A stretch of 64,000 nt of DNA, taken from assembly GCA_051362555.1 (NCBI GenBank), contig CM120643.1, forward strand, positions 6,820,001-6,884,000, read 5' to 3'. The notes beneath the pieces are model-generated. The model saw nothing but the letters and a program-made list of their open reading frames with translations. It was not told where the DNA came from and did not search any database. Source of the DNA: Lingula anatina. Lineage: Eukaryota > Animalia > Brachiopoda. Below, one piece after another: positions 1 to 12,467 of this stretch. Both the position numbers and the translations under genes were made by a program. The first letter of the stretch is position 1, and the number at the start of each line of letters is the position of its first letter.

Positions 1-153
1 TAAGATACTAAACGCTTTTTAACTTGTAAAAAAACTGAAGACGATGACATTTTACAGATATATGTTTTATAAATAATTGAATACAAAAAAGCAATCTGTA
101 TTGCTCTTAATAAAAAACTTATTGAATATACAAAACGTCTTAGCGTTTTTACT

Positions 154-545
154 GATGGCTAAATTGCTCAGTGGTAGCCTGGGGTTGGGGTTCGATTCCT
201 GGCTCGGGCACTTTGGAATTACAATGAGGTGCTATTAGAATTTTTCTTTGGTTACTATAAGAAGAAAGTCTACCAGGGGAGGGTGGGTGGGAACATTTAG
301 AGGAATAGGTAACGCGCTTGCCTCTGAGACAGAAGGTCCCCAGTTCGATTCCTGGCGCTTCTAGGTCCTAGCAAATTACCTTTTGCAAAAAATAAACCCA
401 AATGAACAATTTAAACTACTATAAGAGGATCATACGAATGAGGAAAAACGCGAACTGAGATAGTGGCTCAGTAGGTAAGGCGACAGACTAGGAAGTAGAA
501 AAGGGTGAGCTAGGAGTTGAAAACCTAAGGTTCAAGTCGAGCTGA
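154..545 (+). repeat. Three tandem tRNA-derived (A-box/B-box) sequences: pseudo-tRNA or SINE-head-like
   Basis: TTGCTCAGTGG...GTTCGATTCC (~164-200); GGTAACGCGCTTGCCTCTGAGACAGAAG...CCCAGTTCGATTCCTGG (~308-355); TGGCTCAGTAGG...GGTTCAAGTC (~463-538). None forms a complete cloverleaf. Confidence 0.6.
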
Positions 546-2329
546 AGAAAAGAAAGTTAAGAATAAACATGTGACATTTTGCACATCATCTATTACAACT
601 TTTATGTACATTTATTATAACAAATACAAACAACTACACCATACAGATGTATGCAAAATCCGAACATTACGTTTTGGCTCTACATAAAAAGTAATTTTCA
701 TAACGACTGCACAATTTGAGATATAACTCAATCTTAAATACAACTATCTACAACTAAATGTGTTGGAGATTCTACGCATTTTGAAAAGTGTCGCTCAAGA
801 TCAATCGTTTTGGTTTTAATAAAGAACATGAAATCTCCCTTTTTTATATTTTTGCCCAAAGTTAAATGAGAAAGTTGTAGATTCGCAGGGAAGTATTTTA
901 CAGCAATCGTTCAAAGTTGACATTGGAGTATTTGTCTTATGAGTGAGCCAAAATTTCACCAAGGGACATTTTTATCCAAAATTCAAGGGTGGTGGCAGTA
1001 TGGAAAATTCAAAATGCATATGATCTCATGTAATCGTTTCCCCCGCACACGGGTACACACTCATGACCCGTCAACTAACTGTATGTCACCATGCTGATGA
1101 TCGCGCACAACACCAAACAGCAGTCAAACATTATTCAATTCTGTTAATTTGATGAGTGCTTTTCTTATAGATAAATGGATATGTACCTTATATTTTGCGT
1201 CATTTTTCTTCTCTTAAAATCTTAAAATAGGATTTAGGTGGCACAATTTTGAGTGAACACTTAAATTTATGCGTCGTGCGAATCAAGACCAGCATGAAGA
1301 CATGGTCAGTTTACAACCTTATTCCAGTCATAGTCATTTTTAAGAACAATATGTACACCAAATTAGAAAAGGTTATGCAAAAACAAGTTTACTTGAAATA
1401 ATTAAGCACATTTACTCAGAAAATGCTAATAAACTCAACGGTCTCTGGTTTTCAGTGGTCAAGAAACACTCAACAAAAATAACCCAACAGCACGTGCAGG
1501 ACTGGCACCTAATCAGGCCTTTTGTTCTCAATCACTCCTTGATCCCGATCGAAATATAGAATTAAGAAAGTACCAAGTACAAGATCAACATTAAGTCAAA
1601 CACTGACCTTCCAATTTTGTGGAAATCTTTTACTCTAACCAATCAAAGTGTCATTTTTGAAATAAATTTTTTGTTTTTTCATGTTTGATTAGAAAAAAAA
1701 AAAAAAAAATTAGGCGATTAACTGACCAAGCTTTTTTAATTACTAGGAAATACCCATATCCCCCAAATCAGAACTTTGCGACAACTTTAGTTTCGGATTT
1801 TTCAAAATTTCAACTTGTAAAAGATTCGATAAATGCCAGTTCTACATGTACATTTTAATTGACGCAAAAGGAAACACTTTCTGCTGATCACAGTTTCTCT
1901 TTGTGAGTATTTCCGCTGTGTAATGAAGGTATAAAGTTAATTTCCCTTCTTTAATAAAAAACTTATTAATTGCGAAAAAAACTAACCCAACCCCTGACTT
2001 GATTTACTGAAAACGAACATTTCTACCCCCTCCCAGCAATAAAACTATGGGTCTGTCACTGATCAGACATAGTACTAGTATATCAAAATACCGGGAACCC
2101 AAGGAAGTTTATTCTTACCATGCGACATAACCGCATATTCACAATTTTAGAAAGTCCCGTTTTAATACGTGTGGGCAATTCTGTAATAGCTCTTAAAAGT
2201 GTCATAATTTGGATTACAGCGTTTACAGTTTATTGTAAATTTACGTTTCGCTCATTTCATCCAATGAACCCACAATAAAAGATTCCTGAATGCATTTTAC
2301 GTATTTTTCTATTCTAGATTTAACTTCAT

Positions 2330-3990
2330 AAAAATTAATATTTGTATTCAATTTTATATGAATAATCATGCATTTTTAAGTGCACAACAAAGCGTCTTAT
2401 TACATATTTGCCCATACATATAATTTTACAATCAAACATTGAACCGGTCGTACTAGCACTGTGCTCTGCCTGGACTTTACTTAATGATAATTTTACAATT
2501 ACTTTCATTTTCATAGATCACTTAAGCAAGACATTTTAGTATAACCTCAAAAGTGTCGTTTCAGATTCGAAAACTGGTCGGTATAAACAAAAATTTAAAT
2601 TACAATAAAAACATCGTGCGAGGATAGAGTGCTGTACTACAACTTTTTTTACACATGTATAATAATAAACCAGCGACGTGCAAGGTTGACGCTTGGATTT
2701 AGTCCATTTTATCGGAAGTTTCATGAAAAAACCACTCGTTACAAGCTGCACTTCATTTGATACACGTTTTGATGCAGAATATTACAACCCAAAGCACACA
2801 TTTCAAACCAAAGCAAATGTCAACCCTGCAAGTTGACTATACGACAAACTTAGGCACACAAGACAGCGTTGACATGGGTGCGGGCGCTGGCGAACACGAA
2901 TCTGATGTCTTTTCTGGGAGTGCGTCCATTCTCATCGTAGACGGTTGTTATGAGGCACTGAAATTAAATGAAAATGAAATGGATTAAACAAAATTCATAA
3001 CAATATCTTAAGATTTGACAAAGTGAAATACATAATGATAATAACAATGATCTTGTTTGGTTTTTGACTTTCTTAGTTATACATTATTTTGCGTATTTTG
3101 TGGGTAGTGTGATATAAATTCAGGATTTTATTGCTACATGTGCTTATTAAAACCTCTTCAGAATGATTCTACCAATTACTTTATTCCCTTGCATCCACAC
3201 TTAAATAAATTCGTAATCCGAATTCTGGCACTTTAGCTCAACTTTTTAAAAATCAAATACTTTATGCAAACAATTTATTTCAGATTATAATATCAAGGAC
3301 GGTATGTAATGGAAATTGCAATCAGAAAAAAAATGAAGTCAAGGGAGGTCGACAGTGTCCAGCAAATATACGTTTGCTTTCCTGGTCGCGGCTAGTTCTC
3401 TATAAAATAATTTGTTTATTGTCAGTTAACTTTAATAAACAGGATATATTTGTACAGGTCACTGTCAAAAAATAAAAAAGGCACCCATTGGGAGCTGAGA
3501 ATGTTACAGTAGTTACCTGCTTTGTCGTCTTGCTTTGTTTAAGACGGAATAACGCGTTCAGACCTTTGGACGGCTGGAATAATCTTCTCACTTCTTCATG
3601 AGTAAATACTTTCCTTCTGGAAAAAGCAATATAAAAAGTTATTAAACTTTCCAAGCTCATTTCAGCATTCATGTGAATGAAATATATCCAAGAGCCATTA
3701 CGCCTGAAGTGGGAAATGCATACTTTTGGATAAAATATCGTCAACATAAACCTATCAGTGTTGCCTTATATCATCTATACAGTACTTACAACAAACTACA
3801 GCAGTTCTCAGTGCCAAAATTTCAGTCTACGTGTGGAAATTGTGGCAATGTGGCACGTGAAGCTTCTTCCTCTTCCTTCTGACCTTGGTCCTATCTGAAT
3901 ACCTCTCACCAAAATGCTCACCTGGTTTACATAATAATAGCACTGACTGTGGGATTGTGTTAGAGAAGACACGATGCGGTTTAACGCAAT
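2330..3990 (-). pseudogene. Decayed spliced gene of unknown identity (paralog at ~46360-48140)
   Basis: Minus-strand exon-like segments with splice sites, e.g. tttccag|AAGGAAAGTATTT...ACAAAGCAG|gtaact (RKVFTHEEVRRLFQPSKGLNALFRLKQSKTTKQ), plus acceptors near 3399 and 2958. Stops and frameshifts are present and no family is recognised. Confidence 0.35.
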
Positions 3991-4280
3991 CCAAACGTTA
4001 TCATCAGGTTATTGCACAAACAAACTATTTTGTTTTGTCCATCTATAGACCTTCATCCCAAATAAATGAGGTTTTTATTATTAAAAAGTATCCCAATTAA
4101 AACATGCTATCGCCTATTGCTCTAGCACTGTAAATATTTAACACTAGAGTTGTGGCGACTTAGGTTTGTACATGTATATCTAACATTTTTATTTTTATGC
4201 AGCAGTACATATGAACCCAAATATGCTTCTTAGAAAAAATAAATCACATAAGAATCAGTTTACTGAGTTACGCATCATTC

Positions 4281-5730
4281 GTGAAAGTCTTGTTTCCTGA
4301 TTTCATTGTTTGTTCTCTGTTGTCGCGACTCTGTGGTTGCGTGCGACGTTGTATATGTGCGCACGCTTGTTTTTACGTCGCTTATTCTTCTTTGTTACGT
4401 TAAAATGATACATACGTTACCGATACATACGTTACCATGAAGCGTGTAAATATTTATTCTATTTTCATTGGTTTTTTTTCGCTTTGTGGGCCAACACTTA
4501 TGTCTTTTATTTGTGTTTCATTAAAATAGTGTTGGCGCACAAAAGGAGAGACAACCAATGAAAATAGAATAAAAAATATTTACATGCTTTATGGTAACGT
4601 ATGTATCATTTTAACGTAACAAAGAAGAATGAGCGACGTAATAACATGCGTGCACACATATACAATGTCGCACGCAACCACAGACTCACGACAACAGAGA
4701 ACAAATACAATAAACTCAGAAAACAGTACCTTCACATTATTTGGTACCGTATGTATCGGTGACGTATGTATCATATAAACAATTTCAACAAACGGTTTCA
4801 AGACAAGTAATCTTTACTTGCCCTGCTTTTCCTTCTTATTGTAATGTTGTATACCGTAAGAATAAGGCGTTTGCTCACAAAACGGACAACAAACAATTAA
4901 AAAATAAAAGTATTTACAAGCCACATGGTAACTATTTTCATTGGTTGTCTTTCGTTTTGTGCGCCAACACCTATGTCTTAATGTTACATAAAAATGAAAG
5001 AAAAAGAGACAAATAAGATTTCTTGCCTTCAACTATCTGTGAAAATTGTTCATATGATACATACGTTACCGATATATACATAGCCAAATAATATGAAGGT
5101 GTTGTTTTCTGATTCCATTGATTGTTTTCTTTTGTCACGGCTTTGTTAGTGCGTGCGACTTTGTACATGTATATGTGCGCACGTTTGTACGTCGTTCATT
5201 CTCTACGTTACCGATATATATGCACGTGACCAAATGTCACGACTTTGTGAGTGGGTGTGACTTTGTACATGTGCGCACTACGTTTTACGGCCTTCATTCT
5301 TATTTGTTACGTAAATATGATACATATACGTTACCAAATAACGTGAAGGTATTGTTTTCTGATTTCATTGTTTGTTCTCTGTTGTCGCGACTCTGTGGTT
5401 GCGTGCGACGTTGTATATGTGCGCACGCTTGTTTTTACGTGGCTTTTTCTTCTTTGTTATGTTAAAATGATACATACGTTACCGATACATACGTTACCAT
5501 GAAGCGTGTAAATATTTATTCTATTTTCATTGGTTTTCTTTCGCTTTGTGGGCCAACACTTATGTCTTTTATTTGTGTTTCATTAAAATAGTGTTGGCGC
5601 ACAAAAGGAGAGACAACCAATGAAAATAGAATAAAAAATATTTACACGCTTTATGGTAACGTATGTATCATTTTAACGTAACAAAGAATGAGCGACGTAA
5701 TAAAATGCGTGCGCACATATACAACGTCGC
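4281..5730. repeat. Fold-back array of nested inverted and direct copies of a ~220-bp unit
   Basis: 4281-4500 is the reverse complement of ~4527-4735, with a short loop. The unit recurs directly at ~5340-5560 with an inverted partner at 5590-5730. The motif GATACATACGTTACC is repeated internally. Confidence 0.9.
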
Positions 5731-5989
5731 TGACTTGATATCTGTAAGATTCTGCAGGGAGAAATGGGAGACATGGCCTACTTTTTTACCTCTCAAAAAG
5801 TTTGCAATATACTTTGTCTTTCAGTGGTCCCCGATTCTTTAATATTACCAATGTTATCACTTTGAACCGCATAAAACACTTTTGGAAGTAAAAGCATCAT
5901 ATTAGAAACTATCACTACGCTTTCTTTTTATCATTTTATTTTTATTCATCTTAGTATTGCCACTGACATATCTACTAGTGCCTTAATTT

Positions 5990-6240
5990 AGGACTCATTC
6001 CCAATGACACTATTGATCTATGTAAATCGATCCAACTCCACAGGGACTCTTGCTGAATGCAATTGGATTGGCTCGCCTCCTTTTGTTTATAACATGCTTG
6101 TTTTCCATTTTCTACTCAAAACTAGGGGGTGGTATGCTAATCTCTTAATCTGATTACATTCAGCAAGAGTCCCCCTGAATTGATCTACCTAGACAGATAA
6201 AGCACTGAATGCACTCTTATTTTTATTGGGAGTGAGTTCT
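5990..6240. mobile_element. MITE with imperfect terminal inverted repeats (Harbinger-type)
   Basis: GGACTCATTCCCAAT ... ATTGGGAGTGAGTTC, with internal inverted GGGACTCTTGCTGAATG / CATTCAGCAAGAGTCCC. A copy lies at ~50340-50590. Confidence 0.6.
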
Positions 6241-7530
6241 TAGACCTAAATATTCTTACACAGTCATATAAATAAAACAACAACAACAACACACAATAAT
6301 AATATCATTTAATATTTATTTAAAATAAAAAGTTGGTTGGTACATTTATTATGTTGAAATGATAATTCTAAGAAAAACAAAGGTCAAATAAATGTTCAAG
6401 AAGTGCATTAAAATTGAAAGTTATGAATACAGTTGATGAAATCATATAATTACCTAACATAATATGTAAGATTGAAAAATAATGACACAAACTGCATTGT
6501 AGACTTTCAATTTAATTTTCAGGCTTACAAAACTGTATTTGTACAACATCTGCACAGTACTTTTTAATTACATTTGTGCATTAAAAAGTAAAGGTATATG
6601 AGTCTGAAATTTTCTTAGTATTTAATTTCTCTTTCTCCCTTCTCTTTATCTATGCCTCTCTACAATTTCAACCCCACTTTCTCTTAAATAAAAATTCTGC
6701 ACTAATGAGCTTAATTAAATAAATAAACATTCTTTGATTACAAACAGCTCCAGAATTACCAGGTGAGAATTTACTAGGTACCAGTACTTATAACAGGCAT
6801 TAACAATGTGATGATTCAGTCATCATTCTGACTTGCTTAATCCAGTATTGGTTTATTAGCACTACATGTACTTTAGGCAAGCTCAATAAATAACTTTGGA
6901 TATTTAAGATAAGAAAAAAATTGTCTTTTCATTCAATTTTATTTTTAAAAATCAACATAAAATTACAAAGTAAGCAACAAAAGTAATAATAAGTGCTTAT
7001 CTTTTATTAAGACTACTATGACATCACAACAGTACTGTACATATTAGTATAAAAGCTTCAATATATTTATTGCCAAAATTTGCTAAATTCTTTATTTTAA
7101 AGAAATATTAATGAAATGATTTCCTCCATATTACTTACACAAAATTGCTGCAGGCATCTTTTATACTACTGGCAAACCATAAGATGAGCACTAACATAAG
7201 ACTAGACAGCAAAGCTGGCAAAATATACAGACACAAAACACAAAACAAGGTGCAACAATAGAGTTAAATATATTTTTTTCTGTGACAGCACCGAATATGG
7301 GCCAAGGCCTATGGGTTTGCAAATTCACCAGTTTTACCATTAGTTATATAATAGCTTGTTTCAATACTTATAAAACTGTGCACACGTATTGGTAAAAATA
7401 GTCAAATCCTGTTAGTTTTTAACTCAAACAGCTTTTTTTTACTAAACAAAACCTCTCTGCATATTTGATGTAAAACAAAAACATGGTTTGGTATCTATGG
7501 TAAGACAGTCACCAAAATACTTGCAAAAAA

Positions 7531-7571
<41 letters not shown>

Positions 7572-7829
7572 GATATTTTAAAATTTTTTTACTCAGTCAA
7601 AGTGGGGGGAGGGGGGGGGGGGGTGCACCATGTTCAGAATGAACACCAGTGGATGTCTGGGGATGGCTACAGGAACATGGACCCTATCTCCTGATGTCAG
7701 GGAGGGAAAAAAATGGTTGGAGCCTGGTACACAAATCTTGACTGCATTGAGACAAATCATCTCCAACAAAAGATTTCAGGACATTATGTCAGGAACCTTG
7801 GTTACAGGCACTGCAAAACTTCTAGAACA

Positions 7830-8493
7830 CAGGATTGGGATGAGAAGATCTCCTTATTCCTCATGTCCTACCGCAGCTCACAACACGACAGCACTGGCTA
7901 AACCCCAAATCTAATGGTATTAGTTAGAAAAATTGATTTACCGGCCTATATTGTTTCTGGATGGCCATGTTACATGAGGTAGATAATTTTAATTTGGTGA
8001 TGATTTTCCACTTTTCAGTATTTACAACTAATGGGTGTGAATGAAAATTTTATACCATGTGAGACTCATGAATGATTGAAAAACTTGAGTAAAAGCCTAA
8101 ATAGATCCTATGAAATGGCTCGAGAAAAACTGAAAAGTGTGCAGAAATGTCAAAAAACAGTTGTATGATGCAAAGTTGAGAGAGAGTGAATATACTTGTG
8201 GTCAGAAGGTATATTTGAGGGATGAAAGTCATAAAAATTGAGAAAGTAAGAAACTTAGACCCTTATATAGAGGACCATATGATGTTATCAAAGCATCCCC
8301 ACCTCTCTATACAATTAAAGATAAAAAAGGAAAAATCCAGGTGGTACATCATGATAGATTGAGAAAATTTGTTGAAAGAGAGAGTGATTTTCAGTTGAAT
8401 GAACCACAATTGGTGGAACCAATTGTAAAAAGATCAAGATTTGGTAGACAAATTAAGATGCCATCTCATTTAAGAGATTTCGCCTTAGAATGA
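7830..8493 (+). pseudogene. Gypsy integrase C-terminus with GPY/F module
   Basis: QDWDEKISLFLMSYRSSQHDSTG; ...YEMAREKLKSVQK..LYDAKLRESEYTCGQKVYL...KKLRPLYRGPYDVIKASPPLYTIKDKKGKIQVVHHDRL...RSRFGRQIKMPSHLRDF. Contains stops and a frameshift. Confidence 0.88.
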
Positions 8494-8621
8494 TTATATT
8501 GATATATGTTTTGTTTATTAGTTAAGATATAATTGTATATAGATACTTCCTTAATTTTCGGCAGTGCTGAAATAAAAGGAACTTAATTTATTTATTTGTA
8601 TTTTTTATTTTTTTTTAGACC

Positions 8622-8915
8622 ATGGATGAATCAAACATATACAATATTCTCGCAGAGAAAGAGTATAATTGGTGCAGAAATTGGATCGAACAACCAAACA
8701 CTCTGCTCAACATATCAATTAACAATATAATACCACAAAATTTACCACAGTCCAGAATGTCAATGTACATGGGAACTCTACTTAATGAAAGAGTGCTATT
8801 AGAGAAAGGAATGGATTGGATGATTGAAAATATCTATTCATATCAAAACAATATAACGAAAGAAGAATGTGTAGATATCATACTTTACTTGAGAGATAAA
8901 TTGTATGGCTATTAA
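8622..8915 (+). CDS. 97-aa accessory ORF in the Gypsy 3' region, function unknown
   Basis: Open frame preceded by a polypyrimidine/AG acceptor (ttttttag|accATG) and followed by AATAAA. Confidence 0.4.
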   Translation: MDESNIYNILAEKEYNWCRNWIEQPNTLLNISINNIIPQNLPQSRMSMYMGTLLNERVLLEKGMDWMIENIYSYQNNITKEECVDIILYLRDKLYGY

Positions 8916-9685
8916 AAAAAATCCATAATAAAGATATATTTAATAAAGTATATTATAGTTTGTACTTCCTATTATATTTCAGGTAATTTGATCAAAACAA
9001 CAGTCCAAGTTGGTATAGGTTTTTTAAATATTTGTTTGAATTTTGTTGTTGAGCATAATACATTGAGCACTGCATGAATAGGTTGATAGCTACTTTTGTC
9101 TTTTTTGGATTATGGTTATTAAAAAAAAACAAGGCAGCAAAGCTGTCAAATGTACAGACAAAAAACAGAAAATAAAGATGCAAAATAGGTCATTTTGTCA
9201 ATTTTGATGCAATAATAAATAATGCTTATAACAGCACTGTCAGTCAACACTGAATTCTAATCATGCACAACAGGTACCATGGTCAATAACAGGAGCGAAC
9301 CCAGAGATATTTTCTGACAGTATTCCAAAGTATCTATGTTGATCCATCCCCCATTTTTATGGTCTTCCAACAGAAAAAAAATAGATACCAGTCAATATAA
9401 ACTTAATAATCTGACCGTCTTCTGGAAGACCCAGAAGATGGTCTCAATCCACCCCTTCAATAAGATTACAGTTTCAGGACCATGAGAGTTCAAATTCACA
9501 TGATGAAAGTCTCAATTTTTGAAAAATGATGACAGTGCATAAAATAATATTACATAATGTTTGAAGACATAAAAAACAATACAACTGCTTATGTGGAAAT
9601 ATAGAAAATGTGCAGAGCCTCAGGCGGATGAGAGTTAAAAGTCACAAATGCCAGTGTTTGAAAATTAAAAAGGAAAACATAACAA

Positions 9686-9922
9686 AACAAGAAAAGCACT
9701 CTGAGAGCGCAGACCTCTGCCTAGACAGCAATTGTTGATTATTATTGCTTATTGATTGATTATTGATCTGGACCACCAACACCAATAACTAATCATTGTC
9801 CTCCTTGCCCACTTCCAACAGTTCCTGAATATTTCATCAAAATCGATCCATAACTTTTTGAGTTATGTTGATGACAGACAAGCAGGGGTGAAAACATAAC
9901 CTCCTTGGCAGAGGTAAATATA
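9686..9922 (-). mobile_element. Non-autonomous Helentron/DINE-like element (HINE)
   Basis: Minus strand reads TTACCTCTGCCAAGGAGGTTATGTTTTCACC...GTCTGTC...GGCAGAGGT with a 3' hairpin GCGCTCTCAGAGTGC. Confidence 0.7.
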
Positions 9923-9961
9923 ATTCCAATGAAGCTGCTATTCAAACCTTTAATCTTCAAG

Positions 9962-9962
<1 letters not shown>

Positions 9963-10009
<47 letters not shown>
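9963..10009. repeat. (TA)n microsatellite
   Basis: Pure TA run. Confidence 0.95.
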
Positions 10010-10014
<5 letters not shown>

Positions 10015-10508
10015 TATTTGCAATATTAAACAAAATTTACCTGCATAATTATCACTGCTTCCTTATTATTAATCTAGCGGAGAGCTTAACCTTTGGGAGT
10101 TTACAGGGAAATATCAACAAGTGTGCTTTATGTAATCTCATTTAAAGACCTATTAATTAGGCAAATGATTTTATAACTCTGAAATTAGCTAAGTGATACC
10201 CAAGGGAAATACACAATATTACATAATGTTTAACAACATAATGACCATCAATTATTAATACTAAAATAGTAGTATCATGGATATTCAGAAAATGTGACTA
10301 GCAAAGGTCTTCAGGACCATGGAACTTCAAAGTCACATCTTGAAAATGCCAAAATGTAAACAAGACAGCTCTTTTCTGAAATGGGTTTATTTCCATTTTT
10401 GTAAAATTATGTTTATAATGTAATATGTTAATATTCATTTGAAAGAAAAGATCATTATCATGTATGTTCATTCAAGAAAATAAACCATTGTATTAGTTTA
10501 TTTCAGAT

Positions 10509-11177
10509 ATGGATGATCTAGACATGCTAGATGAAGCCTGTTTTGTCCCGGATTATGATGACACTGATTTGGTGGAAGATCCTACTGTCCTAATTGGTGA
10601 AGAGGGGAAGGAAGTTATCCACTCAAATTGCAGAAGGAAGAAACAGAGGAAAGAAGTTCAGTGTGGTTTGTGTCTGGTGTCCAGTGCTGACCTGAGCAGA
10701 CATCTTGGACGTCATGTGAAATCTGTTCATTTGCCATGGTATATGACTCCAGGATTGGTGTGCTGGTATTGCAGATCGATGGAGAAGGACAATTCGCTTT
10801 TGCGTAAACGTCATGGTGATGATCATTCGTATGGAACTGGTGAATTCGAGGAAAAACTGTGGATCCAATTGGTGAATGGATTTATACATTTCCTGATATT
10901 AACATTAAATATGAGAAATATATGGGAACTGATGGACTATGTGAAAAGTGAAGGACTAGTAATGTTGCCAGATAACTGTTCCAAGGAGGACATTGACTTT
11001 GTAAAAATATACATTTATGGAAATGGTATGGAGCCTAAGACTGAGATTCTGAATTCTTTGTTGACTTTGTTTCACTGGAAAACTTTGTATCATCTGTTAC
11101 AAAAACTTTCATCAGAGGATCGTGAACTCAGTAGTCATTGGTATCGGCGGATGGAATTTACTTTGCTATATGGATAA
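10509..11177 (+). CDS. 222-aa Cys/His-rich ORF resembling the N-terminal region of retroelement-associated TatD proteins
   Basis: CGLC...RHLGRHVKSVHLPWYMTPGLVCWYC...H...H...LVNGFIHFL...LFHWKTL; acceptor tttcag| at 10506; located just upstream of the PPT/LTR. The TatD link is recalled, not searched. Confidence 0.55.
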   Translation: MDDLDMLDEACFVPDYDDTDLVEDPTVLIGEEGKEVIHSNCRRKKQRKEVQCGLCLVSSADLSRHLGRHVKSVHLPWYMTPGLVCWYCRSMEKDNSLLRKRHGDDHSYGTGEFEEKLWIQLVNGFIHFLILTLNMRNIWELMDYVKSEGLVMLPDNCSKEDIDFVKIYIYGNGMEPKTEILNSLLTLFHWKTLYHLLQKLSSEDRELSSHWYRRMEFTLLYG

Positions 11178-11555
11178 AAAATGAACTATATAATGATTTG
11201 ACATTTCACACTGACATTGTTATCATTACTTATGTTGTTTTGAGCAACTTTGAGTTAAAATCACTTTGTTTGCTTTTAGAGTTGATTTAAAGTGATAATG
11301 GATTTAAAACTTTGTTTTGCATTCCTAAGGATGAACATTTATGCTGAGAGATGGACTTGATTGACTTTACTTGTGTTAAAGTTAAATGTTGAATCTTGGC
11401 ATAACAAGAATGAACTTAATTGCATTACTTGCTCATTTTAAAGGTAAAGTACGATTACATTTGTTAAATTATAGTAATTGTTAGTTTAACAATTTAAAGT
11501 AATGGTTTATATTGTAATAATAGGGGGGAGTTTTGTTCGACAAAAGGGGGGAGAG

Positions 11556-11916
11556 TGTGACGATGTAGTGTGTTAGATGAGATTATTTTATATTGCTACC
11601 GGTAGATGTCTCTATAAGTAAAGTGTTACACAGTGCAAGTTTGAATCTCTCTTGTGATTAGTAACCTAAAGGTAAAACTGTTCACTGTATAGTTGGTTCT
11701 GATTGGTAAACGTGTACTATCTGAACTTGTATATAAGGTCCGACTTGAAATAAATCGGTCTCTTTGTTGGGACTTTTGGCTCTAGCCTCTGTGTTCTTGG
11801 CTCTTTTGGTCCTCTTTGCGGCTCTCTTTGGCTCTTTACTGCTCTTAACTCTGAGATACCAGTAAGTACATTGTTATTTGTACCTTCATAAGGCACTCGG
11901 CCGTGAAGGCGTAACA
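11556..11916 (+). mobile_element. 3' LTR (361 bp)
   Basis: Follows the PPT; TG...CA ends with a 6/7 terminal inverted match (TGTGACG/CGTAACA); TATATAAG at ~11730 and AATAAA at ~11748. Confidence 0.8.
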
Positions 11917-12467
11917 GCATGACTGACGTTGGAAGGCAGCTTGATGTCAATATGGAGAATATATAAGTACCTATGTTGATAACATCATATTATTGCTATC
12001 GTCTGTTATTTGGTACAATCATTTTTACAAGGCTTTTACTGGTTTCCTTCAAAGGGACAACAGTATTTAAATGAACAGTATAGGCCAATTCCGTTCATTA
12101 TTGGAAAGTCTCCGAGGTTGGTAAGACAAAATTGAATGATGAGCACAAGAAAATGATAAGAATAGGAGCCATTGGAAAACAAAAAAGCGTTCAAAAAAGC
12201 TGTTCACCAACAGACTAAGTCCACGTCGTAGAAGTGAAATAGATGGAAATGTGATGATTATTTTTGTAGCTGATTTGAAGTAGCAATCTGTCCCCCAACA
12301 AAATGATTTAGTTCATGTAGAAGTGAATAGACAGAAACACGCTGATCATTTTTTTAAAAATGTTTTTGCAGCAGATTTGCAGTAGTAACCTATTCCCCAA
12401 CAAAATAACTAAGTTCACGTAGTAGTATAGTGGTATTAATTAAGTTATTCATGAACATTTCTCTTGC

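Larger units (their letters stand above)
1..7796 (+). repeat. Segmental duplication block A, copy 1 (paralogous to 44296-53833)
   Basis: Long colinear near-identity by eye, from AACGCTTTTTAACTTGTA to GGACATTATGTCAGGAAC, with indels. The left edge lies outside the window. Confidence 0.95.
7797..11916 (+). mobile_element. 3' half of a Gypsy LTR retrotransposon (integrase end, extra ORFs, PPT, 3' LTR)
   Basis: Integrase remnants are followed by accessory ORFs, the polypurine tract AAAAGGGGGGAGAG and an LTR TGTGACG...CGTAACA. Confidence 0.8.

Noticed and set aside
154-545. Functional tRNA genes
   Set aside because: Arms are missing or mispaired and no convincing acceptor stems form; only A/B boxes are recognisable.
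4589-5465. ORFs within the fold-back array (also 48371-49814)
   Set aside because: They occur on both strands as a by-product of the repeated unit and have no protein-like features.
9068-9078. CACTGCATGAA as the left TIR partner of the CAGTG end at 15986
   Set aside because: Only 11 bp, lies inside the Gypsy interior and lacks subterminal repeats; probably coincidence.
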